Source: Promethearchaeota archaeon
GTDB lineage: Archaea > Asgardarchaeota > Lokiarchaeia > Sigyniarchaeales > SOKP01
Reading direction: 5' to 3'
Assembly (NCBI GenBank): GCA_016926735.1
Contig: JAFGOA010000081.1
Coordinates: forward strand, 1 to 20,308
Length of the DNA: 20,308 nucleotides
This document shows, one piece after another, positions 8,799 to 17,953 of this stretch. The position numbers and the translations under genes are program-made. Positions within the stretch are counted from its first letter, which is position 1. Every line of letters begins with the position of its first letter. Under the pieces are notes generated by a model, which ran no database searches, had not been told where the DNA came from, and worked only from the letters and a program-made list of their open reading frames with translations.

Positions 8799-9266
8799 TT
8801 AATCTTCTGATAAATCTAATTTATGAACTTCATATGCTTTCTTAAAATTCATTTGTTTATAAAGTTCGGATGTTTTTGTTGCTTGTTCTCGGATATTAAC
8901 TTTTACCTTCTCTACCTTGATCTTTTTTAAATGCTCTAATGCTTGTTCTAACAATATCTTACCTATATTCTTTCCCCTATATTCGTCTCTTAAATAAAAT
9001 TGCTTTATATATCCTTCTGATTTGCCAAAAGGATCAATTCTTAGCTCAGCAATAATCATTCCTACCACTTTACAAGTGTCTTCATCTATTGCTATCAAAA
9101 TTCCATGGCGTTGCAAAGGATCATATAACCTTCGACGAATTCCCCAATCAAATCTTTTAGACTCAAATTCTTGACCTAGGCTTTCAACCAAAAGTTTGGT
9201 TAATTCTCTTAAAGAATCAATTTGTTCTGGTGAAGCTATCTCTACTTTAATATTAGTATCTTCCAT
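8799..9266 (-). CDS. GNAT-family N-acetyltransferase
   Basis: Acetyl-CoA-binding motif A YIKQFYLRDEYRGKNIGKILL and motif B LYKQMNF; typical 155-aa size. Confidence 0.9.
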   Translation of the reverse strand: MEDTNIKVEIASPEQIDSLRELTKLLVESLGQEFESKRFDWGIRRRLYDPLQRHGILIAIDEDTCKVVGMIIAELRIDPFGKSEGYIKQFYLRDEYRGKNIGKILLEQALEHLKKIKVEKVKVNIREQATKTSELYKQMNFKKAYEVHKLDLSED

Positions 9267-9483
9267 AATAGAACAACATAATATTTTATATTCTTCTTAT
9301 TTTATATTTACATTAGTGTACACATAGTTTTAAATATTCTTTTAATAAAAAAATGAAATACCTTTAATGATAACTTGAGCAATAATTATCTATGAATTTG
9401 ATAATTTTAAAATTTTCTTTGTGAAAATATTGCAAAAAATAGTATCATGAAAATATTTTTTTTGTTAATGATAAATTTAAATT

Positions 9484-9771
9484 CTAATAATGTCTTGCTG
9501 ATGTTCCGTCCCAAGCTTTCACTTCAGGATCAACCGCATTACATACGGGACAAGATTGAGAAACTTCCCATGGCTCTAAAGCGGGATGAACACGGGTATA
9601 GAGATTTCCACATTGCTGACAAACAAGATATTTAGCTCCACATGAACTACACATCTTTAATTGACCCTTTTCAACAAAAAAAAAGGTTCTACGCATCCAT
9701 TCATCATGAACAGCAGAGAAGCTATCACCTCCGCACTCACTACAATGTTTTCCATCGAATTGTTCTGCCAT
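9484..9771 (-). CDS. Small zinc-ribbon protein with four CxxC pairs (95 aa)
   Basis: CSECG, CSSCG, CQQCG, CPVC; SD-like GGTGG just upstream of the ATG. Confidence 0.88.
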   Translation of the reverse strand: MAEQFDGKHCSECGGDSFSAVHDEWMRRTFFFVEKGQLKMCSSCGAKYLVCQQCGNLYTRVHPALEPWEVSQSCPVCNAVDPEVKAWDGTSARHY

Positions 9772-9992
9772 TTTACCACCATTTTAAATAATATATTATC
9801 TAAATTAAAAAATATAAGACTATTAAATATTTATAATTATTAAAAGATTTTTTATATTTAATTTTGATTTTTTATTAAAATAAAGATTGATACACTAATT
9901 AACATAAACAAATTAGATATTTTTAAAATTTCTTATTTGGAAAAAGCATAAAAAGTGTTTAAGAAAACAAAATAAAAAAGCAAAAAAAAAAA

Positions 9993-10313
9993 TTACATCT
10001 TAAGTTTTTTTGTTTTTGATGAACTTTGTTCTGGGTTTATTTCTTCAATTTCTTTTACTAACCTTTGAACTCTATCATCTGCTAATGCTTCGTAAAATTT
10101 AACATACATTTCATTGCTTCCTATAAAAAGACCTTTTCTTTTCATAGGATTTCCATCTTCTTTTAATGGATTTATCTCAAGATATAAAAGTGCAGGTTTG
10201 GTTTTAGTGCCTGGAGCTTTTACTACAAATACTCCTGGTACTGGAGTCTCCATTTTTTCCCATTCTTTTGCATTAGCTAAATGGTCTTCTAGTTGTGATT
10301 GTATATTACTCAT
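9993..10313 (-). CDS. Archaeal hypothetical protein, possibly a PC4/Sub1-like nucleic-acid-binding fold
   Basis: Beta-rich core GVFVVK...LYLEINP...GNPMKRKGLFI followed by a helix, resembling the PC4 'P.KKGI.L' strand-then-helix layout. The fold call is inference. Confidence 0.7.
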   Translation of the reverse strand: MSNIQSQLEDHLANAKEWEKMETPVPGVFVVKAPGTKTKPALLYLEINPLKEDGNPMKRKGLFIGSNEMYVKFYEALADDRVQRLVKEIEEINPEQSSSKTKKLKM

Positions 10314-10342
10314 AATTTTATAATTTTTTATTTTTTATTATA

Positions 10343-10372
10343 ATGTTACATGTAACATGTATGTAGTTACAT
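10343..10372. promoter_or_regulatory. Palindromic operator: perfect 16-bp ATGTTACATGTAACAT plus imperfect ATGTAGTTACAT
   Basis: 10343-10358 equals its own reverse complement, and 10361-10372 is a near-palindrome. It lies 30-60 nt upstream of the 9993-10313 start, in the interval divergent from the RHH gene. Confidence 0.7.
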
Positions 10373-10600
10373 ATATATTTAATTAATTTTTTAACTAAAT
10401 GATTTTTTAGATATCAATTCTTAAATTAAATAATAATCTGAAACAAGATTTATTATATACTTTCTTATATTAAGTTTAATTTTTAATAAGGCTTCAATAC
10501 TATTTCTGTCGGATTTCTTGGGGTTATCTTCCACTGAATACTTAAATATCACCGAGATATATATTAGTTATCATAATTACATCTAAATTAGTGGTGATAT

Positions 10601-10828
10601 ATGAAATTAATCTCAGTAAATTTACCTGAATCTTATCTAGAAGTATTAGAAATTTTAGTAGCAGATGGGAAATTTCCTAATCGATCTGAAGCTATTAGAG
10701 TTGGAATAAGAGATCTTATAAAAACAGAGTATTTAATTGAAGAAAAAATTAAGAAAAATTACAGTAAATATTTCGAATCTGAAATTAAGGAATCTTCTTT
10801 AGAAGATGTTATTGCAGAAGAAAATTAA
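10601..10828 (+). CDS. Ribbon-helix-helix transcriptional regulator, CdrS/CopG-like
   Basis: MKLISVNLP (ribbon)...LEILVADGKFPNRSEAIRVGIRDL. G.FPNRSEAIR is the signature seen in archaeal CdrS-type RHH proteins. SD-like GGTGAT at 10593-10598. Confidence 0.9.
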   Translation: MKLISVNLPESYLEVLEILVADGKFPNRSEAIRVGIRDLIKTEYLIEEKIKKNYSKYFESEIKESSLEDVIAEEN

Positions 10829-10862
10829 TGAAGATTCTTTATATTCCTCCAACAAAATTTTA

Positions 10863-13800
10863 TTATTCTTCTTTTTTTAGTTCCTTAACTCTTTTCCTTC
10901 TTTTTGCCCGAGTTTGTGCAATTTTTAATTTTAAATCTTCTAATTGTTGATTTTCTGTAATAATATCTGACGGTTCAACTATATCTATACCTATTTGATT
11001 TCTATAAATGTTAATTGTATCTTCAATTTTATTTAAAATTGTATTTTCAGCATTAATTTTTTCTAAATTGTATTTAGCTTCATTTAATTCTGATATTGCT
11101 TTCATTAAATTATTTTTCATTATAGATTTTTGAGCACGATCAAGAGCTTCATAGCTTATTTTAAATTCCTTTGTATTCTTTAAATGAGATTTTTCAAGAA
11201 CTATTAATGGAACTTTTGTTTGGTTTTTAAGATGATTAATTATAGATTTAATTTTTCCAATTTGCTTTATTTTATTCGTTTGCTCTAATTTAACAAGTCT
11301 TTCTGATAATTTTAAAATGGTTTCATTGTATCTATAATTTTTTATAAGGATCTCTGCTAATTCTAACTCATTTGGAAGTTTTTTTTGTTCTTTGGCAATT
11401 TTTTTTCTTCTTTCTTCAATTTCAATTCTATTTAGCTCTTTTTTTTGTTCTTCAGCTATGTTTAATAATTGTTTTAAGTCTTTCTCTTCTTTTTCTTTTT
11501 TTCTTTGATATTTCTCCAATCTTAATGCCTGATCTCTTTTTTTATTCAGATTAACTAATAACTCTTGATCAATTCGATTAACCTCTGTCTGCCAATCTAT
11601 TTCTTGGAAAAGTTTTCTAGCTTCTATATATAATTTATAAGCATCGTTAAAATTTTTTGTTTCAACTAATTTGGATCCTTTTTTTAATAACGTATATGCT
11701 CTATCTGATATTTCTTCTTGCTTTTCCTTTAGAGCGTTTCTTTTTTTTATTTCATCTTCTTTTCTAATTTTTTCAAGCTTTTCCATTTCATTAATTTTAT
11801 TTATTTCTTTTTCTAAATTCTGTTCTAGTTTTATCTGTTTAGACTTTAATCTTTCCATTTCTTTTTGTTCATTTTCATGACTTAATTTTTTATTTTTTAT
11901 TAAATCAATAGAATCTTTTATTAAGGAAATTCCTGCCTTCCATTCTAAATTCTCGAAGATATTTTCACTCTTTTTATATAAATTTAAAGCATTATCAAAA
12001 TTATTATCTTCTAACTCTTTTTTTGCTCTGTCCATAAACTCAAAAGCCCGCTTCTTTTGAATTTCAAATTCTTGGCTTTGAAGTTTTTCTTTTTGTTCTT
12101 GTTGTTTTTCCTTTTTTAATCGTTCTTCCTTTTCTTTTATGGTTTTTTCAATTAATAATTCTTCTTCGAGTTTTGCTTGCTCTTTCTCCTTTATTTTCTT
12201 TATTTCATTTTCTCTTATCTTTTTATCTTCTTTAATTTTTTTTTTAAAATATTCAATAGACTCATCCAATTTTTTAGCTTCAATTAACCATCTATTTTGT
12301 TCGAATTTCTTTTTTGCGTTATTATATATCTCAATTATTTTGTCATAAGGACATTCTAAATTTAAAATTCCTTGTTTGAGTATCTCATCATCATAACTTT
12401 TCGAGATTTGATCAGCTTTATTAATCATTTCAAATATATCGTTAAAGATCTTTTGGTTTTGTTTTTTTTTATTTTCAATATCTAAAAAAAGATTTTTATT
12501 TTCTTTTTCAATCTCCTCTAAAATATTTTTATCCAAGGGATAATGAATAACTTTTTCTTCTTTTTTTTGAATTTCTAATTTTCTGATCCTATCATCTTTT
12601 TCTTTCTTTTCAGTATAGTATTGGATCGTATTATCAATATTGTCTGCTTCATTATTCCATCCTATATCTAATAGAAGGATTTTTGCTTCTTTATAGTAAT
12701 TAATAACTTCAGAGTATGGACTCTCAAAATCTGTTAATTTTGATTTTAATTTTAATTCATAAGATTTAGCCTTTTTTTCAGCTTCATTTATAATATTCAT
12801 CGCTTTTTCTAATTTCTCTTCTTTTTCCGCTTCAATTCTTTTGATTTCTTGAATATTTACATCATAATTATCTTTTTGTTCTATATTTGCATTTATTTGC
12901 ATGTCTTCAATTTCTTTTTGTCGTTTTAATTTTTGTACTTCAATTTCTCTTAATTTTTGCACTTTTTCTATTTTTTCTTTATATATTTGAATTTGATTCA
13001 AGTAAATTGCTGCTTGGTCTTTCCAACCTTTATCTAAAAGTTTTTTACGAATTTCTCTGTAAATTTTTATTACTTCTGGATAGATTGGTTCTGTCTCAAA
13101 ATCGCCTTTTTTTAATTTATTATCATATTCTCTCGCTAATTTTTCAGCGTGGTCAACCATCTTTGTAATCTTATCCTGAAAAATTTCATCTCTTTCCTTT
13201 TGTTGGATACCTTTGGAAATCTTAGGTTCTGTCTCTTGAATTAATTTATCATTAAATCTATATATCTTTTCTAATTTTTGTTTTTCTTCTGATTTTTTCT
13301 TTTCAATTTCTCTTAATCTTATATCTTTTTCAAGTTTGGTTTTATATAGTTTTATTTGATTAGTATAAATTAAAGATTCTTCATTCCATCCATATTTATG
13401 AAGTTCGTCCCTTATTTTTCGATATATATTCATTATTTCTTCATAAGGACATTCAATATCAAAATTACCTCTCTTTAACTGTATTTCATATTCTCTTGCT
13501 ATTCTTTCAGCGTGATTAACTTGTTTATCTATATACTCTTCAAAGTTTTTATCATCTATTTCTTGTTTTTGTTTTAATCCTATATCTTTTGAAGTTAATA
13601 CATTCTCTGATTCTTTTATAGATATTTTATGAAGGGAGGCTGTATTTTCTTTATCTTGGTTTTTTTTTTTTTCTATTTCTCTAATTTTATTATGATTCTT
13701 AAGCTTTTTTTGATATATTCTGATTTGATTGTTATAAATGGATATTTGATCATTCCATCCTCGTTTTATCAATGCATTTTTGATATCCTCATATATTTCT

Positions 13801-13988
13801 ATAATCTTATAATAGGGATGCTCTTCAAGAAAAGTACCCTCTTTCAGAGCCTTTTTAAAATCAATATTAAAATCTCTTACCATTTTCTCAGCATTGTTTA
13901 CTAATTCAGAAATTTCTTCTTGAAACTCTTCATCATCCAATTTTTGAATTTCTAATCTCTTATTCTCTTCCTCATTCATTTTTCTCAT
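10863..13988 (-). CDS. Large all-helical repeat / coiled-coil protein (1041 aa) with MIT/TPR-like units
   Basis: At least seven Trp-marked helical units (AE..A..Y...PY..I..IY......L...GW......I..Y) separated by E/K-rich coiled-coil linkers. Confidence 0.88.
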   Translation of the reverse strand: MRKMNEEENKRLEIQKLDDEEFQEEISELVNNAEKMVRDFNIDFKKALKEGTFLEEHPYYKIIEIYEDIKNALIKRGWNDQISIYNNQIRIYQKKLKNHNKIREIEKKKNQDKENTASLHKISIKESENVLTSKDIGLKQKQEIDDKNFEEYIDKQVNHAERIAREYEIQLKRGNFDIECPYEEIMNIYRKIRDELHKYGWNEESLIYTNQIKLYKTKLEKDIRLREIEKKKSEEKQKLEKIYRFNDKLIQETEPKISKGIQQKERDEIFQDKITKMVDHAEKLAREYDNKLKKGDFETEPIYPEVIKIYREIRKKLLDKGWKDQAAIYLNQIQIYKEKIEKVQKLREIEVQKLKRQKEIEDMQINANIEQKDNYDVNIQEIKRIEAEKEEKLEKAMNIINEAEKKAKSYELKLKSKLTDFESPYSEVINYYKEAKILLLDIGWNNEADNIDNTIQYYTEKKEKDDRIRKLEIQKKEEKVIHYPLDKNILEEIEKENKNLFLDIENKKKQNQKIFNDIFEMINKADQISKSYDDEILKQGILNLECPYDKIIEIYNNAKKKFEQNRWLIEAKKLDESIEYFKKKIKEDKKIRENEIKKIKEKEQAKLEEELLIEKTIKEKEERLKKEKQQEQKEKLQSQEFEIQKKRAFEFMDRAKKELEDNNFDNALNLYKKSENIFENLEWKAGISLIKDSIDLIKNKKLSHENEQKEMERLKSKQIKLEQNLEKEINKINEMEKLEKIRKEDEIKKRNALKEKQEEISDRAYTLLKKGSKLVETKNFNDAYKLYIEARKLFQEIDWQTEVNRIDQELLVNLNKKRDQALRLEKYQRKKEKEEKDLKQLLNIAEEQKKELNRIEIEERRKKIAKEQKKLPNELELAEILIKNYRYNETILKLSERLVKLEQTNKIKQIGKIKSIINHLKNQTKVPLIVLEKSHLKNTKEFKISYEALDRAQKSIMKNNLMKAISELNEAKYNLEKINAENTILNKIEDTINIYRNQIGIDIVEPSDIITENQQLEDLKLKIAQTRAKRRKRVKELKKEE
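12200..13930 (-). repeat. Five diverged intragenic protein repeats of about 120 aa
   Basis: Recurrent HPY/CPY/PIY/SPY/CPY ... RGW/YGW/KGW/IGW/NRW ... IREIE/LREIE/LREIE/IRKLE/IRENE in the translation. Boundaries are approximate. Confidence 0.85.
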
Positions 13989-14119
13989 CTCAAAGAGGGA
14001 AAATTAATGATTAATATTGATAACTTGAAAAAAATTATCTAAAGATAATAAAGTTAAATTAATTATTAAAATTCATTTTTGATGGTTTTTTTATTTTTAA
14101 AAATAGAAAATCCAACTTT

Positions 14120-14512
14120 TTATTCGGATTGTTTTATAAATCGGGTAAGAAAATCATCGCAAATTTTTCCACCTTCATGAGTTAAGATCCATCCTTTTTG
14201 AGTTTTCTCAACAATATCCAATGTAATTAAGTTATCTAAAATTTCTTTTAGCTCTTCTTCTGATTTTCTTATATTAAAATCATTTTTTAAACAATAAAGG
14301 ATATCATTTATAGGAACAGATTCTCCTAATTCATCTTCCATTATTCCTAAGGCTGCTACAATTTGTTGCTCATTTTCCATTAATTCGTTCATTTCGCTAG
14401 AAACTTCCTCTAATAACCATGGATGTTCATTTAACATGGCCTTTATCTTTTTTTCATCCCCTGTTTTAAATATTTCATCAAAATCTTCTCGAATTTTCTT
14501 TTTCTTTACCAT
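14120..14512 (-). CDS. Hypothetical protein with probable C-terminal winged-helix domain (130 aa)
   Basis: ...VPINDILYCL...SEEELKEILDNLITLDIVEKTQKGWILTHEG has the wH 'L...G.V......W.LT.EG' pattern. Confidence 0.7.
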   Translation of the reverse strand: MVKKKKIREDFDEIFKTGDEKKIKAMLNEHPWLLEEVSSEMNELMENEQQIVAALGIMEDELGESVPINDILYCLKNDFNIRKSEEELKEILDNLITLDIVEKTQKGWILTHEGGKICDDFLTRFIKQSE

Positions 14513-14692
14513 CCAATATCACAATAATTATGAATTTTAATTGAATTATGATTCATTCTTTACATTATTTATTAATTTTTTGAAATAAATCATTTATGTC
14601 TTAACTTTAAAAAATAATAATAATTAATATATTTAGATTTTACATTTTATCATTTATTATTTTAAAAAAAACAAGAAATTTAATGATATTTT

Positions 14693-17600
14693 ATGGTATT
14701 TGAAAGATTTAGAGAATCAAGATTATCAAATTCTCGGCGAGATGATGATTTAATTGAAATTGATGGCCCCCCTGGAAAAGGGAGGTTTAAATATCGGCCA
14801 TTTAAAAAAAAACCAAAAATGAAAATATTTTATATAATCGCAATTATTTCTGCAATTGTTCTTATCATATTGACTATTTTTTGGTGGTGGCCTGCTTGGC
14901 ACGCTGGAGTTAGTCTTAATTCTCAACTATATAATAATAAAGCAGGAGGTCTTGATTATCAAGAGTTCCAATTTCTCAATTATTGGTCAAATTTTTTCTT
15001 TTTGAATAAATCTGCATTGATTGGAGCATTAATTGGAACAATAATAATGAGTCTCCCTCCAGATAGAATATTATTGACTGCGATTGGAACTCGTTTGAGA
15101 TTTGGAAAACCATCAAGAAAAAAGGCATTATTGTTTTGGTGGACTATAGGATTTGCAATATTTTATGGCCTTGGATTTTTAATAGATCTCTCTGGTCAAT
15201 TTTCATGGAATATGTATTTATTAGAAAATGGAGAACTTGAATTTAATCCTTTCACTCTCATTTTTGATGCTTTTAATGTCTTAATGAATCCTAATAATAT
15301 GGATATGACATCCATATACATTTACCAGAGTCTCTATGTACCAATTATTAATTTTATTATTGGGGTTCTTATATTTAGAGCTGCTTTAAAAATACTTCAG
15401 AACATATATATCCGAAGAAATGATTATGAAGTGATTATGAGCTCATTATTTGTCGTTACACTTTTTTTTGGTTTAATCTTCCTAAACATTCCAATGATGG
15501 CTCTTGACGGTATTCAGGTAACTCAAATATGGACATTTATTGTAGGATTCTTTAGTTTAATGACATTAAGTATAATTTTATTTATATATGGAAAAATAAA
15601 ACTATCTCAAAATTCAAGAAATTATATTCTATATAGTAAGGAGAGACGAAAGGTAATAATAATGTCGATAATAACATTATTTATAATTCTTATCCCTCTT
15701 TTCATTAGTATTGGACCATCAATTAATTTAAGTAATGCTTCCGTATATGAGCAAGAAATATGGGTAAAAAAATATAACCGTCAGATTGAATGGACTCATG
15801 TCTCAGCGGATTTAAATATTTTTGAAGAACGTCCTATTGAAAACTTTACAACTTCAACAAATAGTACTTACGATGATCTAATGATACCACAGATTAGGCA
15901 GTTTGATCAAACATATGCTGTAAAGACCCTTTCGGCTAAAATAGGAACTACTTATGAAGGATTAGCAGATTCGGATATTGTATATATAAATGGTACGGAA
16001 TATTGGGTTGCACCAAAAACTATACGAATTGATCAATTCTCTGGGGATTCCGTGGCAATTCATACTGAACTTTATGATCATGTAGAAGGAATTATGGCAA
16101 TTAATTCATTTAATGGGACATTGGTTAATATTACAGACATATTTTCAATTTCAGAAAGTTATCCTATCTTCTTTGGAGAATCTGAAAGTAGTAAATTCCT
16201 TATGGAACAAGGTCTTTCTTCTTATGGAAGATTAGGTGCATATGATTCAGATATTCTTCTCGATACGGAATGGAGTGGAGGTATTGAAAAAAATATTCAT
16301 GTGTATAACGGCTCTTCTGATGGTACTCTTTCTGGTTTAGAAGGATTTTGGTATACTGTTGGAATGGGTCTTTGGGGATATTCTTCTCAATCTGAATATA
16401 ATTTTTTAATTAATAGAAACGTAAAAACAAGAGTAGCAAATATTTTACTTCCTAACATGAAAATAGACAACGATCCTTATCTTGTATTTGATCATATGGG
16501 AAAGATGTATTATGCTGTTTCAATTTATACATCTATCAATGTAGGATCTTATTCAGCTACTCCAATATATAGGTTTTTAGGTATATGTTTAGTTGATGTG
16601 GAGTATGGAACTCTTGAATTCTATGAAAATCCTTCCCTAGAAGCGTCTTCTTTAGATCCAACATTCAATCTATGGGAAATATATATAGAAAAATATAATT
16701 GGCAAAGTGTTCCTAGTTGGTTGCTTGCACAAATGAGATATCCTGAAGATCTATTAGAATTACAATTAGAAGCAAATTATATTTATCATGTAGATGATTT
16801 AAAGAGTTGGAAAAGAGGAGATGATTTTCAAGAACGCCCTCAAGATGGTGATTTATTCTACATTGAAACTATACTTGGAGATGGAATTGTTGAGCTTGTT
16901 GGATTAGATATTGTTGAATATAAGGGACAAGATGCAAGAACTCTAGCTGGTATGTATGTTATGCGACATGGAACTCATTTAGGTGAAGCAATATTCTATC
17001 ATACAAGAGATCTTGGGACAAATCAATTAATAGGGCCACAAACAGCTCGAGATAGTTATATTAACGAAGCAGCCAAAACCAATCCTTTAATTGAAGATTG
17101 GACCAGTGGTAATACTTTATTATATCCTCTGTTAAATTCAATTTATTATTATATTCCATCTTATAGTACTATTGGTGATGTACAAAATCTTAATTTAGCT
17201 GGTTTTGTAGAAGGTTTCACTAGAGATGTGGGAATTGGGGCAGATGCATATGAAGCTTATGAAGATTTGGGAAAATTCAGTCCAACAGCATTTACATTGA
17301 ATTCAAATGCTAATGATCCAGACCTTGATGGAAAATTTACATTATCATGGACAAAATCAACATATAGCGATACATATTCAATATATCAAAATGAAACTTT
17401 ACTTGAGGAAGTAAGTTCTTCAGAAGAATTATCATATGAAATATCAGGTCTAAGTAATGGATATTATAATTATCATATAGTAGCAGAAAATGATTATGGA
17501 ACTATCAGTTCAAACTATCATGATGTGAATGTTAGTTTAATCCCTATTAATTATGATTTCTCATTAGAAGATTCAATAATACTTCCTAGTGATTTTTCTA

Positions 17601-17953
17601 AACTAAGAGTAGAACTTGAGAATTTTAATGATAATCCTTTAGAAGGATCTGTTGATAATATAAGTGTGATTCTAACACTTTATACTGCCCATGATGATAT
17701 AGATATTACGTTACTTGGTCTTGATGATTATTCAATCAACAGTACTTTAATTATAGACACAGATTATTATGAAATTACCTATACTTTGATAAATCAAACA
17801 AGTTTGCTCCCAGGAAGAGGAATAATTCTAAATGGTTGGTTAAATTGTACTGACTCTGATATAATTATTCATTATGTTTGGAGATTGATAATTCAAGGAA
17901 TAGAGTTATATGTTTCTGATATTGGAGATATTATCGTATCCTCAGAAATTTGA
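14693..17953 (+). CDS. UPF0182-family integral membrane protein with C-terminal FN3-like extension
   Basis: About 8 N-terminal TM segments, then UPF0182 motifs I..T....DL, IRQFD, YPIFFGE, RNVKTRV..I.P....D.DPYLV, RYPEDL..LQ, GNTLLYPL. From about 17315, FTLSW...YSIYQN...ISGLSNGYYNYHIVAENDYG is FN3-like. Confidence 0.85.
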   Translation: MVFERFRESRLSNSRRDDDLIEIDGPPGKGRFKYRPFKKKPKMKIFYIIAIISAIVLIILTIFWWWPAWHAGVSLNSQLYNNKAGGLDYQEFQFLNYWSNFFFLNKSALIGALIGTIIMSLPPDRILLTAIGTRLRFGKPSRKKALLFWWTIGFAIFYGLGFLIDLSGQFSWNMYLLENGELEFNPFTLIFDAFNVLMNPNNMDMTSIYIYQSLYVPIINFIIGVLIFRAALKILQNIYIRRNDYEVIMSSLFVVTLFFGLIFLNIPMMALDGIQVTQIWTFIVGFFSLMTLSIILFIYGKIKLSQNSRNYILYSKERRKVIIMSIITLFIILIPLFISIGPSINLSNASVYEQEIWVKKYNRQIEWTHVSADLNIFEERPIENFTTSTNSTYDDLMIPQIRQFDQTYAVKTLSAKIGTTYEGLADSDIVYINGTEYWVAPKTIRIDQFSGDSVAIHTELYDHVEGIMAINSFNGTLVNITDIFSISESYPIFFGESESSKFLMEQGLSSYGRLGAYDSDILLDTEWSGGIEKNIHVYNGSSDGTLSGLEGFWYTVGMGLWGYSSQSEYNFLINRNVKTRVANILLPNMKIDNDPYLVFDHMGKMYYAVSIYTSINVGSYSATPIYRFLGICLVDVEYGTLEFYENPSLEASSLDPTFNLWEIYIEKYNWQSVPSWLLAQMRYPEDLLELQLEANYIYHVDDLKSWKRGDDFQERPQDGDLFYIETILGDGIVELVGLDIVEYKGQDARTLAGMYVMRHGTHLGEAIFYHTRDLGTNQLIGPQTARDSYINEAAKTNPLIEDWTSGNTLLYPLLNSIYYYIPSYSTIGDVQNLNLAGFVEGFTRDVGIGADAYEAYEDLGKFSPTAFTLNSNANDPDLDGKFTLSWTKSTYSDTYSIYQNETLLEEVSSSEELSYEISGLSNGYYNYHIVAENDYGTISSNYHDVNVSLIPINYDFSLEDSIILPSDFSKLRVELENFNDNPLEGSVDNISVILTLYTAHDDIDITLLGLDDYSINSTLIIDTDYYEITYTLINQTSLLPGRGIILNGWLNCTDSDIIIHYVWRLIIQGIELYVSDIGDIIVSSEI

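Noticed and set aside
9447-10323. Plus-strand ORFs 9447-9635, 9661-9843 and 10114-10323
   Set aside because: They overlap, antisense, the better-supported Zn-ribbon and 106-aa genes and show no motifs.
11372-13904. Five short Phe/Leu/Ser-rich plus-strand ORFs that look like membrane peptides
   Set aside because: Artefacts of reading the antisense of Lys/Glu (AAA/GAA)-rich codons in the 1041-aa gene.
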